A DNA stretch of 45,579 nt from a virus (IMGVR_UViG_3300023222_000125:1-45579); one strand, 5' to 3'; positions 8,733-17,592 are shown, counted from the stretch's first letter. The notes: generated by a model from the sequence alone, not told the origin. A program made the numbers and translations.

Positions 8733-10725
8733 AAAAGAATTAAAGCAAGCGGCATTGGATGACATAGCTCGAAGTGGGTTAACCGTCGAAGACTTTAAGA
8801 AGATGAAGCTAACGCCCTGCAATGCGGATGAAGCCGAGGCAGTCTTAGGCAGTACCTTTGCAACGCACGGCTATATCCTTCCTTACTTCGACGTCCACGG
8901 CAAACCCATTGAAGCGATGCGATTTCGATTTCTTGGCGAGCTGAAGAACAAAGAAAAGAAAATCGTCAAGTACTCACAACCCAAAGGCACGAACCCCCAC
9001 CTATACTTCCCCCCGTGCATCAAATGGAAGAAGATCTTAACCGACACAAGCATCCCTCTTACGTTCACAGAGGGCGAGAAGAAGGCGTACAAGGCGTGTA
9101 AGGAAGGGATCCATACGATTGGCCTAGGCGGGGTCTGGTCGTTTAAATCGAAGAAGCTACGCAAAGCATTAATCGACGACTTTAACCACATCATTTTAAA
9201 AGACAGGAAAGTGTTGTTGTGCTTTGACAACGACAGCCAAAGCAATCCCGAAGTGATGAGCGCGTTACGTGCGTTTGCCAAGGTGTTAAATGACAACGGG
9301 GCAAATGTCTTCAATAAAGAACTACCTTTTAACCCTTATCATAAGATAGGGTTAGACGATTACTTACTCATTCATAATAAGTACGATTATGACAACACCC
9401 CAGAGAGCCAGTTTGACGAGATAACCGAAGTCGATGAGCTGAGTAATGAAGTCGCGTACATCCGAGAGATAGGTAAGTTCTATATCTTTGAAGACGATTT
9501 ATTTATGAACCGTAAGACGCTGATTGATACTAAATACGGTAATAGACTAACGACAAAGGGCGAGGACGGTAAGTCTGTTAGCATCGCACAATTGTGGATA
9601 CAGTCTCCTAAACGTCGAGAGCATGTGCGCTTAGCGTATGATCCTGGACAGCCAGAAGTAACGGACAACAACGAGTACAACTTGTGGAAGGGGTGGGGAT
9701 GCGTGCCTAAGAAGGGGAGTATTAAATTATTTTTAGACGTGGTAAAGATGATCTTTAACAACGATAAAACGTTGATTACTTGGTTCTTAGATTGGGTCGC
9801 CTATCCGATCCAAAACCCAGGCGCTAAAATGTTGACAGCAGTGCTACTTCAATCCACTGAGCACGGCACGGGGAAAAGTTCAATTGGGATGGCCATTGGC
9901 GCGATGTACGGCTCTAATTATCAACTTGTTGATGATGCTCAAATGAACAAGGATTTCAATGAATGGGCGGTTAACAAACAATTCATTTTAGGAGATGAGA
10001 TTTCAGGCAAAGATAAACGCGGCGAGGCTGACAAGATAAAAAATCTAATCACACGGGAGACAGTGACCCTTGAGAAAAAGTGGCAACCTCAGTACACGGT
10101 GAAAGACTGTATTCAATATCTTTTTACATCAAATCATGTGGATGCTTTGAGCATTGAGCCAGATGATCGCCGCGTGTTCGTATATAGGGTATTGCCGGGA
10201 TCTGGCTTCACACTACAAACAGGTATTGCTCTTGAGAATTTCAGAAAAAGAGAAGGCAAGGCGCACTTACTTAATTACTTTATCAATGAGCACAAGATAT
10301 CAAAGAGTTTTGATCATCGTGAAAGACCCCCAATGACTCAAGCCAAGCAAGACTTAATTGATCACTCATTGACAGACATTGAGAGGTTCCTTGTTAACAT
10401 CAAAGAAAACCCAGACTTTGCGTTAGCGATTGACGGGGTAGCCATCGACAGAGATTTGTTTTCAACCCGCCAAGTCATCCTCTTATACGAAATGAAGCAC
10501 CCAAGGGCTAATGTGAGTGAAACGGCAATGGGCAAGGCACTAGCTAAAATCTTTGGCAGTGCCTACGCAGTGCGTACCCAGTCGTCAGGCCCGCAAGGAC
10601 TACGCGCACTACGCAATACGGACAAGTGGGCAAAGGCAAGTCATAGAGAGCGGCAGGCGCATTATGATAGGTCTAAGATCGCCTTATTCGAGGCGAAGAA
10701 ACGTAAACACAAAACAGAGGGTTAA
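8725..10725 (+). CDS. Primase-helicase (DUF3854-like Toprim + SF3 helicase)
   Basis: TEGEKKA, GLGGVW, FDND, GLDD. Walker A GTGKS, Walker B ILGDE, motif C FTSN. Confidence 0.88.
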   Translation: MNKKELKQAALDDIARSGLTVEDFKKMKLTPCNADEAEAVLGSTFATHGYILPYFDVHGKPIEAMRFRFLGELKNKEKKIVKYSQPKGTNPHLYFPPCIKWKKILTDTSIPLTFTEGEKKAYKACKEGIHTIGLGGVWSFKSKKLRKALIDDFNHIILKDRKVLLCFDNDSQSNPEVMSALRAFAKVLNDNGANVFNKELPFNPYHKIGLDDYLLIHNKYDYDNTPESQFDEITEVDELSNEVAYIREIGKFYIFEDDLFMNRKTLIDTKYGNRLTTKGEDGKSVSIAQLWIQSPKRREHVRLAYDPGQPEVTDNNEYNLWKGWGCVPKKGSIKLFLDVVKMIFNNDKTLITWFLDWVAYPIQNPGAKMLTAVLLQSTEHGTGKSSIGMAIGAMYGSNYQLVDDAQMNKDFNEWAVNKQFILGDEISGKDKRGEADKIKNLITRETVTLEKKWQPQYTVKDCIQYLFTSNHVDALSIEPDDRRVFVYRVLPGSGFTLQTGIALENFRKREGKAHLLNYFINEHKISKSFDHRERPPMTQAKQDLIDHSLTDIERFLVNIKENPDFALAIDGVAIDRDLFSTRQVILLYEMKHPRANVSETAMGKALAKIFGSAYAVRTQSSGPQGLRALRNTDKWAKASHRERQAHYDRSKIALFEAKKRKHKTEG

Positions 10726-10971
10726 ATGATGAAGATTAAAAAGCAAGTTGTAGAAATTGAAGTAACACCGCAAGAGTGTGGCGCGGCGTTTGCTTCATGG
10801 GGTGATGATGAGCAAGCTGAATTTATGAATGGTCTAGCGGAGTATGTTGGTAAACATTACCCCAAAGACTTCTGCCTCCAAATGCAAGGACTTACTGATT
10901 CAGATGAGTTGACAGATGCGGCAAGAGTAATTATGCAAACTATCGGTGAATATGCGTTTAAAGAGGGTTAA
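10726..10971 (+). CDS. Hypothetical protein
   Basis: Packed ORF with GAGGG RBS. Confidence 0.7.
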   Translation: MMKIKKQVVEIEVTPQECGAAFASWGDDEQAEFMNGLAEYVGKHYPKDFCLQMQGLTDSDELTDAARVIMQTIGEYAFKEG

Positions 10972-10974
10972 ATT

Positions 10975-11217
10975 ATGAAAACGGCAGGTGCTTGGCTGAC
11001 TATAGAAGTGTTTGTGGAATGTCCACACTGTGGTTACCTTACTGATCTTATGCGCGAAGATGATATTTGTGGAATTAATTATAATGAAGAGGGGGAAGTT
11101 ACACGACAGGTTTGCCCTGATAGGAGTTGGGTTGAAGCGCATAAAGACTTTACTGTTGAAAACGTACAGTGCGGAAGATGCAAAGATTCTTTTAATGTTG
11201 AAGGACTGGAATGGTAG
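10975..11217 (+). CDS. Zn-ribbon hypothetical protein
   Basis: CPHC and CGRC. Confidence 0.7.
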   Translation: MKTAGAWLTIEVFVECPHCGYLTDLMREDDICGINYNEEGEVTRQVCPDRSWVEAHKDFTVENVQCGRCKDSFNVEGLEW

Positions 11218-11228
11218 AGGGTTAAACG

Positions 11229-11417
11229 ATGAAAATAATTAGAGTAAGTAATTTTGACAAAGAATCAGTAGATGACCTGTTAGTCTCTGACAATGCTAAT
11301 GAACGTTATACAGCCGATATAGTGCAGTTCTTAAACACTGTATTTAGCGGTGATGAGAGTGATTATTATTTTAAAAAAGTAGAAGACGACTATGTACTCC
11401 ACAAATTCGAGCCATAA
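11229..11417 (+). CDS. Hypothetical protein
   Basis: GAGGG RBS. Ends just before promoter P1. Confidence 0.7.
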   Translation: MKIIRVSNFDKESVDDLLVSDNANERYTADIVQFLNTVFSGDESDYYFKKVEDDYVLHKFEP

Positions 11418-11448
11418 AATTATTTGATAAGTCTATTAATAATAAAGT

Positions 11449-11505
11449 TTGACTTTAATTATTAATGTAATATAATTTAAGATAATCAACATACACAGAG
11501 GGCTA
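11449..11505 (+). promoter_or_regulatory. Sigma70 early promoter + leader/RBS, copy 1
   Basis: TTGACT-16-TATAAT. 56/57 identical to 13734-13790. Confidence 0.85.
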
Positions 11506-11509
11506 TAAG

Positions 11510-11866
11510 ATGAACACACCTACTAAACTACTTAATTTATATCTATATGACTTAGCGTTTGACAACGGTGGAGGTGTTACGTTAATGACATCAACTGGCT
11601 ACACTTTTTGGTATGAGAGTGATCAAGTAGAGCAGCTTGCAGCCGATGTTAAAGAGTATCGTCAAACAGGGGACACCTTGGATTGGGATGGACACAGCCC
11701 AAAGGCTTACGTAGAGTATGATCCTAATCAATGTGGTTACGACTGGTTCAATGAACGGGACATCGACATGATTTTAACTAAGGGTAGCGTCGAGTCTAAT
11801 GGTAAGACGCACAACAAATTTTTTGAACTGCTAGGTGTGTTGGTCTGGTATGTTCTCGATGAGTAA
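11510..11866 (+). CDS. Hypothetical early protein
   Basis: First ORF after promoter, GAGGG RBS. Confidence 0.75.
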   Translation: MNTPTKLLNLYLYDLAFDNGGGVTLMTSTGYTFWYESDQVEQLAADVKEYRQTGDTLDWDGHSPKAYVEYDPNQCGYDWFNERDIDMILTKGSVESNGKTHNKFFELLGVLVWYVLDE

Positions 11867-12062
11867 TCTCACGACAAGAGAGACTCAAGTTTTACAACTG
11901 TGTGCGACAGGGTTGACATCTAAAAGCATAGCAGAACAACTGGGGGTTGGTACCCGAGTGGTTGAGTACCACATTGTTAACTGCATCGCTAAATTAAAAG
12001 CGCGTAATAGAATCCATGCTGTCGCACTTGGGTTATCTTACGGAATGATAGACGGAGTTTAA
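11859..12062 (+). CDS. Stand-alone LuxR/GerE-type HTH protein
   Basis: LTTRETQVLQL.ATGLTSKSIAEQLG....VEYH......KL.ARNR..AV. Confidence 0.88.
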   Translation: MSNLTTRETQVLQLCATGLTSKSIAEQLGVGTRVVEYHIVNCIAKLKARNRIHAVALGLSYGMIDGV

Positions 12063-12074
12063 CGAAGGAGAAGT

Positions 12075-12437
12075 ATGATGATGGATATGTTAATCGGGTT
12101 AAGTACGGGTATTGTCGGTACGATTGGCGTGTATGTTAGTGTTAAAAGTTTGTTAGATAAATTTGACGGTATTAGAGTTTATGACTGTGAGTGTGGTGAT
12201 GAGGGGGATTTCCCTACTCATACGTTACGTCACAAAGATCCGATAGCAGCGGCGGCAGACTTTGCCAAACTTAAAAACACGTTAAAGAAGGGCTACCCCT
12301 TTGCAAACGGTCAAATGAGTACAGTTAGAGTAACAGATATAAATACACAGGTGGCAACCACCTACTATATCGAAGTAAGAAAAGAATTCACATATCACCC
12401 GTTGCCAGTAAAGGAGAATTATAATGCAGGATTGTAA
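12075..12437 (+). CDS. Hypothetical protein with N-terminal TM segment
   Basis: AAGGAG RBS, hydrophobic N-terminus. Confidence 0.7.
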   Translation: MMMDMLIGLSTGIVGTIGVYVSVKSLLDKFDGIRVYDCECGDEGDFPTHTLRHKDPIAAAADFAKLKNTLKKGYPFANGQMSTVRVTDINTQVATTYYIEVRKEFTYHPLPVKENYNAGL

Positions 12438-12624
12438 AAAAGAATTTGAGGACTGGTACGGTGAGAACTCTACCGCGTTTGAGAAATTAGACGGAAAATA
12501 TATCTTTATGAGCACGTCACAAGCATATGAACACTTCAGCGCCGGGTTTAACTACAAATTAAACAAGGGTGTGGAAGACCACATATTAGGTACTCAAGCG
12601 GAGGAAATTAAAAATGAAAATTAA
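12424..12624 (+). CDS. Hypothetical protein
   Basis: AAGGAG RBS, EFEDWY motif. Confidence 0.7.
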   Translation: MQDCKKEFEDWYGENSTAFEKLDGKYIFMSTSQAYEHFSAGFNYKLNKGVEDHILGTQAEEIKNEN

Positions 12625-12727
12625 AGATTTATTTACGGGTTATCATATAGGTTATGTAGTGCTAGGCTCAATGATATCGACGATAACGACAATCTATCTA
12701 ATGAGTAATAGCTGCAATATACTTTAA
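12614..12727 (+). CDS. Small membrane protein, 37 aa (not in track)
   Basis: MKIKDLFTGYHIGYVVLGSMISTITTIYLMSNSCNIL. GGAGG RBS. Confidence 0.55.
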   Translation: MKIKDLFTGYHIGYVVLGSMISTITTIYLMSNSCNIL

Positions 12728-12994
12728 ATGCGTATAAGCCGAATGACATCCTGGGCCATGGTGAGCCTTGAAGGTTTAATCTTTACACACCATGGCCCTA
12801 ACCAACACGGCAAATATGCGGGTTGGGTTTTTACAGGCGGTGCAGGGCCTAAACCCTTATTAAATACAGGCGCTAGGTTCGACACTGCGAAAGAGGCAGA
12901 AGACTTTATGAAGCAAATACGAATAGATTTAATACAACAAAAAATAACACCGGAGGAGATATGCAAAAACTTAAAGAGGTTGTTGGCTGGGTAG
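12728..12994 (+). CDS. Hypothetical protein
   Basis: Starts directly after previous stop. Confidence 0.65.
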   Translation: MRISRMTSWAMVSLEGLIFTHHGPNQHGKYAGWVFTGGAGPKPLLNTGARFDTAKEAEDFMKQIRIDLIQQKITPEEICKNLKRLLAG

Positions 12995-13080
12995 AAGAGG
13001 ATCCTATTTATTACTTGCGCTTGATGTGTTTAGGATCAATTGTGGTTATGGTATTAATTTATGCAAACATTGGAGAGTAA
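12961..13080 (+). CDS. Small membrane protein, 39 aa (not in track)
   Basis: MQKLKEVVGWVEEDPIYYLRLMCLGSIVVMVLIYANIGE. GGAGGAG RBS. Confidence 0.55.
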   Translation: MQKLKEVVGWVEEDPIYYLRLMCLGSIVVMVLIYANIGE

Positions 13081-13084
13081 AAAA

Positions 13085-13246
13085 ATGATTAGATTATATA
13101 GGTTTATCAACCGGCTTTACAAAGTCCACATAGCTTATAAGATCCTACATGCCAAGACTGACTTTGGCGCGTTTTTGATCCTTTTAAAATGGGTGTGTTG
13201 CATAACGCTTTTTTGTTTGATTGTCATTGAATTGGTTGGAGACTAG
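13085..13246 (+). CDS. Small membrane protein
   Basis: GGAG RBS, C-terminal hydrophobic helix. Confidence 0.6.
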   Translation: MIRLYRFINRLYKVHIAYKILHAKTDFGAFLILLKWVCCITLFCLIVIELVGD

Positions 13247-13249
13247 AGC

Positions 13250-13471
13250 ATGGACAGTAACATTGAAAAAACGGTTAGAAGTCAAATAGACGCAATGGCG
13301 GATGAGGTTTATCAAAAAATTATAACGACACTTGATCCAAACGGAAGTACCACTGTAACAAATATAGCGGTGGACGTTACTGTGGTTGGGTTGTTTGGGT
13401 TTAGTGTTAAAAGTTTGAATATGGATTTTAAATTTAATTTTGAAGGTGAGGACGATGAAGAAACAACCTAA
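13250..13471 (+). CDS. Hypothetical protein
   Basis: GGAG RBS, packed ORF. Confidence 0.6.
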   Translation: MDSNIEKTVRSQIDAMADEVYQKIITTLDPNGSTTVTNIAVDVTVVGLFGFSVKSLNMDFKFNFEGEDDEETT

Positions 13472-13724
13472 CCCACCCCCAAGCGGTGAACGTCCACCGG
13501 CTCCGCTATCAAATGAATGTGATCACAAGAACTTAGAGCATATACGCATAATCCAAAATGCTTATAATATGTTTCGTATCGACGTCTACTTATGCACTGA
13601 CTGTAACAAAGAGATATGTACGGGTAAAAAACTGTCTCCAAAAGTATCAAATGTAGATATTAATCTTGATAAGCGAACAGGCAAACTTGATATAGGCTTC
13701 AAAATTAAGTTTGAGATTGATTAA
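13455..13724 (+). CDS. Hypothetical protein (Pro-rich N-terminus, CxH/CxxC)
   Basis: GAGG RBS before MKKQP. Confidence 0.65.
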   Translation: MKKQPNPPPSGERPPAPLSNECDHKNLEHIRIIQNAYNMFRIDVYLCTDCNKEICTGKKLSPKVSNVDINLDKRTGKLDIGFKIKFEID

Positions 13725-13733
13725 AAATAAACC

Positions 13734-13790
13734 TTGACATTAATTATTAATGTAATATAATTTAAGATAATCAACATACACAGAGGGCTA
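13734..13790 (+). promoter_or_regulatory. Sigma70 early promoter + leader/RBS, copy 2
   Basis: Consensus TTGACA-16-TATAAT. Confidence 0.88.
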
Positions 13791-13794
13791 AACC

Positions 13795-14253
13795 ATGATA
13801 ATCAACGGATCAACAACAATTAACGATGTAAAATACCTGCTACTCCACAAAATGTTAGTGGAAAACAAGTCAAAAAATCAAGCTGCACGGGAAACGATCA
13901 AGGAGCTTGACGTCTCCTCTATCACAATGATCAACGCGTTGAGAAAAGTGGATGCCCACATCGAAAAGAAATACGGTGACAAGGTGTACTATATGGTGTG
14001 CTTGACACAGACTCAATGGATTACTAACTGTACGAGTTGTGGTGAGCTAATCAATGAGGGGTTTAGTGTTAAAAAGGACGTCAGCGGTGATGCGGATTAC
14101 AGTGTTTGCGTAGAGGATTGCATGACGGCTAAGCTGTTTGAGGCTCAATCCGATGCGATTAAGTTTCTTTATGGCTCGTCATCAGTTACCCCGCTCCCGG
14201 TGGCGTTTGCTGAGCCACATCCTAAAGCATTACCCAAGGTGGCGGATGCTTAG
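13795..14253 (+). CDS. Hypothetical early protein (possible HTH + Cys motif)
   Basis: First ORF after promoter copy 2. Confidence 0.72.
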   Translation: MIINGSTTINDVKYLLLHKMLVENKSKNQAARETIKELDVSSITMINALRKVDAHIEKKYGDKVYYMVCLTQTQWITNCTSCGELINEGFSVKKDVSGDADYSVCVEDCMTAKLFEAQSDAIKFLYGSSSVTPLPVAFAEPHPKALPKVADA

Positions 14254-14467
14254 TATCGACAAGGTATTCCAGTCCTTAGCGCACGGTAACGAGGCAATGT
14301 GCGAGGGCTGCGAGCATTACCGTTGCTGGGAGGAGCGCCACCCCTACGGCGAGACCACGGCGACACAGCAACTAGTGGAGTGTCGTTGTACTGATGCTAA
14401 GGAGTGCGAGCAGGCTAGGGTTTATCTTGCAGATGAGATGATTGGTTTTGAGGAGATAAGACGATGA
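14246..14467 (+). CDS. Cys-rich hypothetical protein
   Basis: CEGCEH...C.C....C. Confidence 0.65.
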   Translation: MLSIDKVFQSLAHGNEAMCEGCEHYRCWEERHPYGETTATQQLVECRCTDAKECEQARVYLADEMIGFEEIRR

Positions 14468-14919
14468 AATTTGAGATTGATATAAAAGATTTTTGGCTTG
14501 ATGATGACGACGATATAGAACCTGCATTAATAAAGCACATCGTATCGTCTGTCACCAAAAAGATAACCGAATCGATACAAGAAAAAGTTGACGAAACAAT
14601 CACGTTGAAGGTGAAAGAGTGCATCGAGGCTCGCCTTTCTGCCGTAATTTCTGACCAGATCCAAAAATGCATGGATGAGGGGACTATTGTACGTGGCGGT
14701 ATGGATATTAAAATAATTGATTACGTAAAAGATAGGTTCGAGAACAATCACTCATGGGGCAGCCCAAACGCCTGCATTGATAAAGCCGCTGAAAGATTCG
14801 GCAAGGAGTTTAAAGCTCAATATAACACTATCTTCGCGGGAAAGATTGTTGAGAAAATGAAAGAGCAGGGATTCTTAAAAGATGACGTAGTAAAAATGCT
14901 TTTAGAGAAGGGGGATTAG
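14464..14919 (+). CDS. Hypothetical protein (helical)
   Basis: GAGGAG RBS, ATGA coupling. Confidence 0.75.
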   Translation: MKFEIDIKDFWLDDDDDIEPALIKHIVSSVTKKITESIQEKVDETITLKVKECIEARLSAVISDQIQKCMDEGTIVRGGMDIKIIDYVKDRFENNHSWGSPNACIDKAAERFGKEFKAQYNTIFAGKIVEKMKEQGFLKDDVVKMLLEKGD

Positions 14920-14921
14920 CG

Positions 14922-15224
14922 ATGACACCTAGAGAATCAGCAATTATCGGCGCATATACAGGCGTACTGGCGGGGCCATTTAGCGCATTACATGAGTACA
15001 TAGAAGAGATAATGGGGCGTCCTGTGTTTACGCATGAAATGGGGGATAAGATAATAGCCGAAGAAATTAAGTTAAAAGCTAAAGATGATTTTATAGCACT
15101 GGCTGAGTCTGTAGGGAAGCGAAAGATGAAAGTAAGTGAATTTTTTAAGAAAAAAGAGGCTTGCCCTGTATTATGGTCTGTAGAGTATAAGTCAGTAAAA
15201 GGAGCAGACAACAATGACAACTAA
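14922..15224 (+). CDS. Conserved phage hypothetical protein
   Basis: AIIGAYTG...F..LHEY.E.IMGRPVFTHEM motif. Confidence 0.75.
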   Translation: MTPRESAIIGAYTGVLAGPFSALHEYIEEIMGRPVFTHEMGDKIIAEEIKLKAKDDFIALAESVGKRKMKVSEFFKKKEACPVLWSVEYKSVKGADNNDN

Positions 15225-15600
15225 GAAACTAGGTACCACGGTCACGGCTTGGGTAAAACTCAAGGACAAGATCAGAAAGAAAAACGCTGAGTTAGCGGAT
15301 TTGACGACGCAGGCGGAAGAGCTTGTGAAACCAATCATTAAATCTCAAGAGGCGGAAAATCTTGTGCGTACCGATGTTGCAATAGGCTCGGCCACACTTA
15401 AAATTGAAACTTTATTTAGTGTGACGGATTGGAAAAAGGTTTGGAAGTATATATTTAAACATAAAGATACAGCGGTACTGTCACATCAGCGGTTAGCCAA
15501 CGCTTTCTTAAGAGAACTTGATGAAGAAGGGATTAAGATCCCCGGCACTAAGAAGTTCACTAAGAAGTCCTTGCATGTTGGCTACAAGAAAGGGGTTTAA
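15214..15600 (+). CDS. Conserved replication-module protein
   Basis: Coiled coil plus V.DW......I...L..R.......E.G..IPG pattern typical of PolA phages. Confidence 0.75.
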   Translation: MTTKKLGTTVTAWVKLKDKIRKKNAELADLTTQAEELVKPIIKSQEAENLVRTDVAIGSATLKIETLFSVTDWKKVWKYIFKHKDTAVLSHQRLANAFLRELDEEGIKIPGTKKFTKKSLHVGYKKGV

Positions 15601-15603
15601 GGA

Positions 15604-15831
15604 ATGGATAATTTAGTGATCGTAAACGACGAACTTATAAAAGGTACGTCTAACTTAAGTACAAGCAACACACCAATTACATTTGAGTTAGACAACAACT
15701 CAGACAATCGTAGGCTAGTAGAGCGATGGGTAAAGAACAATCCTAATAATTTAATTGTCTTGCCGCGCATGTATGTTGACGCATATCACGTAACAGAAGA
15801 TAGCGGATCTATACTAATCAGATTGACCTAA
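15604..15831 (+). CDS. Hypothetical protein
   Basis: Packed ORF. Confidence 0.6.
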   Translation: MDNLVIVNDELIKGTSNLSTSNTPITFELDNNSDNRRLVERWVKNNPNNLIVLPRMYVDAYHVTEDSGSILIRLT

Positions 15832-15867
15832 ACGAATAATTTTTTAACCAACGAAGAGGAAAGTAAA

Positions 15868-16140
15868 ATGCCACGTAAATTAGATAAGAAGTTAATCCAA
15901 GGCCGCGTCAAAGAGAACAAGACGCTGATGCGGACAAATAAAGTGGCACTATTGCTGGAGATGAGTGCCGCCGCACAAGGTAAGGAGGTTCATCGAAAAA
16001 AGGCGCAACAAGATCTAACAGGCTACATGAAAGCCGCGCTCGCTGTGACAGCAGACAACGCAAAGCTTGAGATACTTAAACAAGCTGCGCTCGATGACCT
16101 GGAACAGAGCCAAGTGGAGAGTAACAATGGCAACAGCTAA
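15868..16140 (+). CDS. Hypothetical basic protein
   Basis: GAGG RBS. Confidence 0.7.
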   Translation: MPRKLDKKLIQGRVKENKTLMRTNKVALLLEMSAAAQGKEVHRKKAQQDLTGYMKAALAVTADNAKLEILKQAALDDLEQSQVESNNGNS

Positions 16141-16900
16141 GAAAAAAGCATCGAAAAGTAAAAGCCTAGTACTGCCCTGGAAACAGCAACTTGCTAAGTA
16201 CGCGGAGGAAGGCAAGGCACCGAAAGAAGCACCGGCAACCGGTGACCTCATCAGCATCAAAGGGTCTAAGTTTAGCTTTGGTGATCATTTAATGGGCCGT
16301 TCATTTAATTGTGTCATTCTGGCCTGGGGTATGGAGCGAAGTTTTTTTGACTCACCTTTCAAAGAAAAAGAGGTCAACAGCCCTGCATGTTTTGCACTAG
16401 GCAATAAGTTATTGGGTCTTATGTCTCATGAGGACAGCCCCAACAAGCAAGGCGAGTCTTGTGATGAGTGTCCGCTGAGTAAGTGGGGGGATGATGCAGA
16501 TCCCGACAAAAAGCCGGACTGTGCTGAGCGCCGCCGTTTAATCGTCTCCGTTAAGGGCGAAGATGGTAATATCGAGATCAAACAACTTACCCTTCCCCCG
16601 ACTTCGCTGAAAAATTGGAAAGAGTTTATAGCAAAGACAAAAGTACTGGGCTTAGCTACGATGCAATGCGCCGTTAAGATTTATTTTGAGGAATCCACAG
16701 CCACCTTCGATCCAATATGCTTTGACATTTTGAAGGAAATCACTGCGGAAAAAACGTTGCAAGCCATGGGCGAGATGCTCGATCAAGCTAACAAGTTACT
16801 TATACGGCCCTACGATGCTAAGAACTACACACCGCCTGGCAAGGGCAAGAAGGCTGGCAAGAAGAAGGTTGCTAAGAAGAAACGCAGCAAGTTTAGTTAA
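16127..16900 (+). CDS. Putative ssDNA-binding/recombination protein with Lys-rich tail
   Basis: P.C...C..CP..WG...C...RRL...LPPTSL..W family pattern, upstream of PolA. Confidence 0.55.
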   Translation: MATAKKKASKSKSLVLPWKQQLAKYAEEGKAPKEAPATGDLISIKGSKFSFGDHLMGRSFNCVILAWGMERSFFDSPFKEKEVNSPACFALGNKLLGLMSHEDSPNKQGESCDECPLSKWGDDADPDKKPDCAERRRLIVSVKGEDGNIEIKQLTLPPTSLKNWKEFIAKTKVLGLATMQCAVKIYFEESTATFDPICFDILKEITAEKTLQAMGEMLDQANKLLIRPYDAKNYTPPGKGKKAGKKKVAKKKRSKFS

Positions 16901-16907
16901 AAGAATC

Positions 16908-17021
16908 TAGTCGATTAAACGTAAGTTCTTGCTTTTGCCTTTTGGATCGAGACTGAAAATTCTAGGCATGATCAGGTAGCTAAATGAAAACGTTCGCGTG
17001 GGGTGAGAGGCTCCACGACTA
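16908..17021 (+). ncRNA. Candidate structured (tRNA-like) ncRNA
   Basis: Nested stems tagtc/gacta, aacgt/acgtt, tgcct/aggca. T-arm-like hairpin gtgggg-tgagagg-ctccac. Confidence 0.4.
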
Positions 17022-17044
17022 TTACTAAATTTAGGAGAGTAAAT

Positions 17045-17251
17045 ATGTACGTGGTTTTTCGACTAGATAGAACTGTGAAGGTAGACGTAATGGGCCTATC
17101 TGTTAGCGTCCCTTTGTCTTTCGCCGATGGAATGATCGGCGCTATGCCAGTCTTTAAAGACAAAGAATCGGCTGAAGCGTTCGCAAATGGCTATTGTAAA
17201 GTGGAAGAGGTAAGAGCAGTTCCGGTCAATCATTTAAACAAGGAGAGCTAA
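17045..17251 (+). CDS. Hypothetical protein
   Basis: AGGAG RBS before MYVVF. Confidence 0.7.
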   Translation: MYVVFRLDRTVKVDVMGLSVSVPLSFADGMIGAMPVFKDKESAEAFANGYCKVEEVRAVPVNHLNKES

Positions 17252-17252
17252 G

Positions 17253-17453
17253 ATGATGAATAGGTACACTCCACCAACACCTACATGTATTCACGAGGCA
17301 CTGGCAGATGAAGTAATGAGGGACGTGTCAAAGGATCTTGTGCGTGATGGGCATATTCCTGAAGAGGGAATAGGTGGCCCTCGTTTACGTATTTTATTAT
17401 GTCATATATTGGCTAAAGTATCTGAAATGATTAAACAAGGAGAGATAAGATGA
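17253..17453 (+). CDS. Hypothetical protein
   Basis: AAGGAG RBS. Confidence 0.65.
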   Translation: MMNRYTPPTPTCIHEALADEVMRDVSKDLVRDGHIPEEGIGGPRLRILLCHILAKVSEMIKQGEIR

Positions 17454-17566
17454 GTAAGAAATCAGCAAAGATAGGCGCAAGTACGTTTGTGGCAGGGCTA
17501 TTAATGACGTTCGTACTGCCAGCCGTGGTAATTGTCGTCATTGTTGGCGTAGCGTTGGCGATGTGA
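17450..17566 (+). CDS. Small membrane protein, 38 aa (not in track)
   Basis: MSKKSAKIGASTFVAGLLMTFVLPAVVIVVIVGVALAM. AAGGAG RBS, ATGA overlap. Confidence 0.6.
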   Translation: MSKKSAKIGASTFVAGLLMTFVLPAVVIVVIVGVALAM

Positions 17567-17592
17567 GTAAGTTATTAAGGATATGGGTGCGG

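Noticed and set aside
11449-13790. Repeats as CRISPR or att sites
   Set aside because: Only two copies, 2.3 kb apart, fully explained as promoter plus RBS, and no integrase
16908-17021. Canonical tRNA gene
   Set aside because: No GTTCRA T-loop, anticodon arm or CCA. Kept only as a candidate ncRNA
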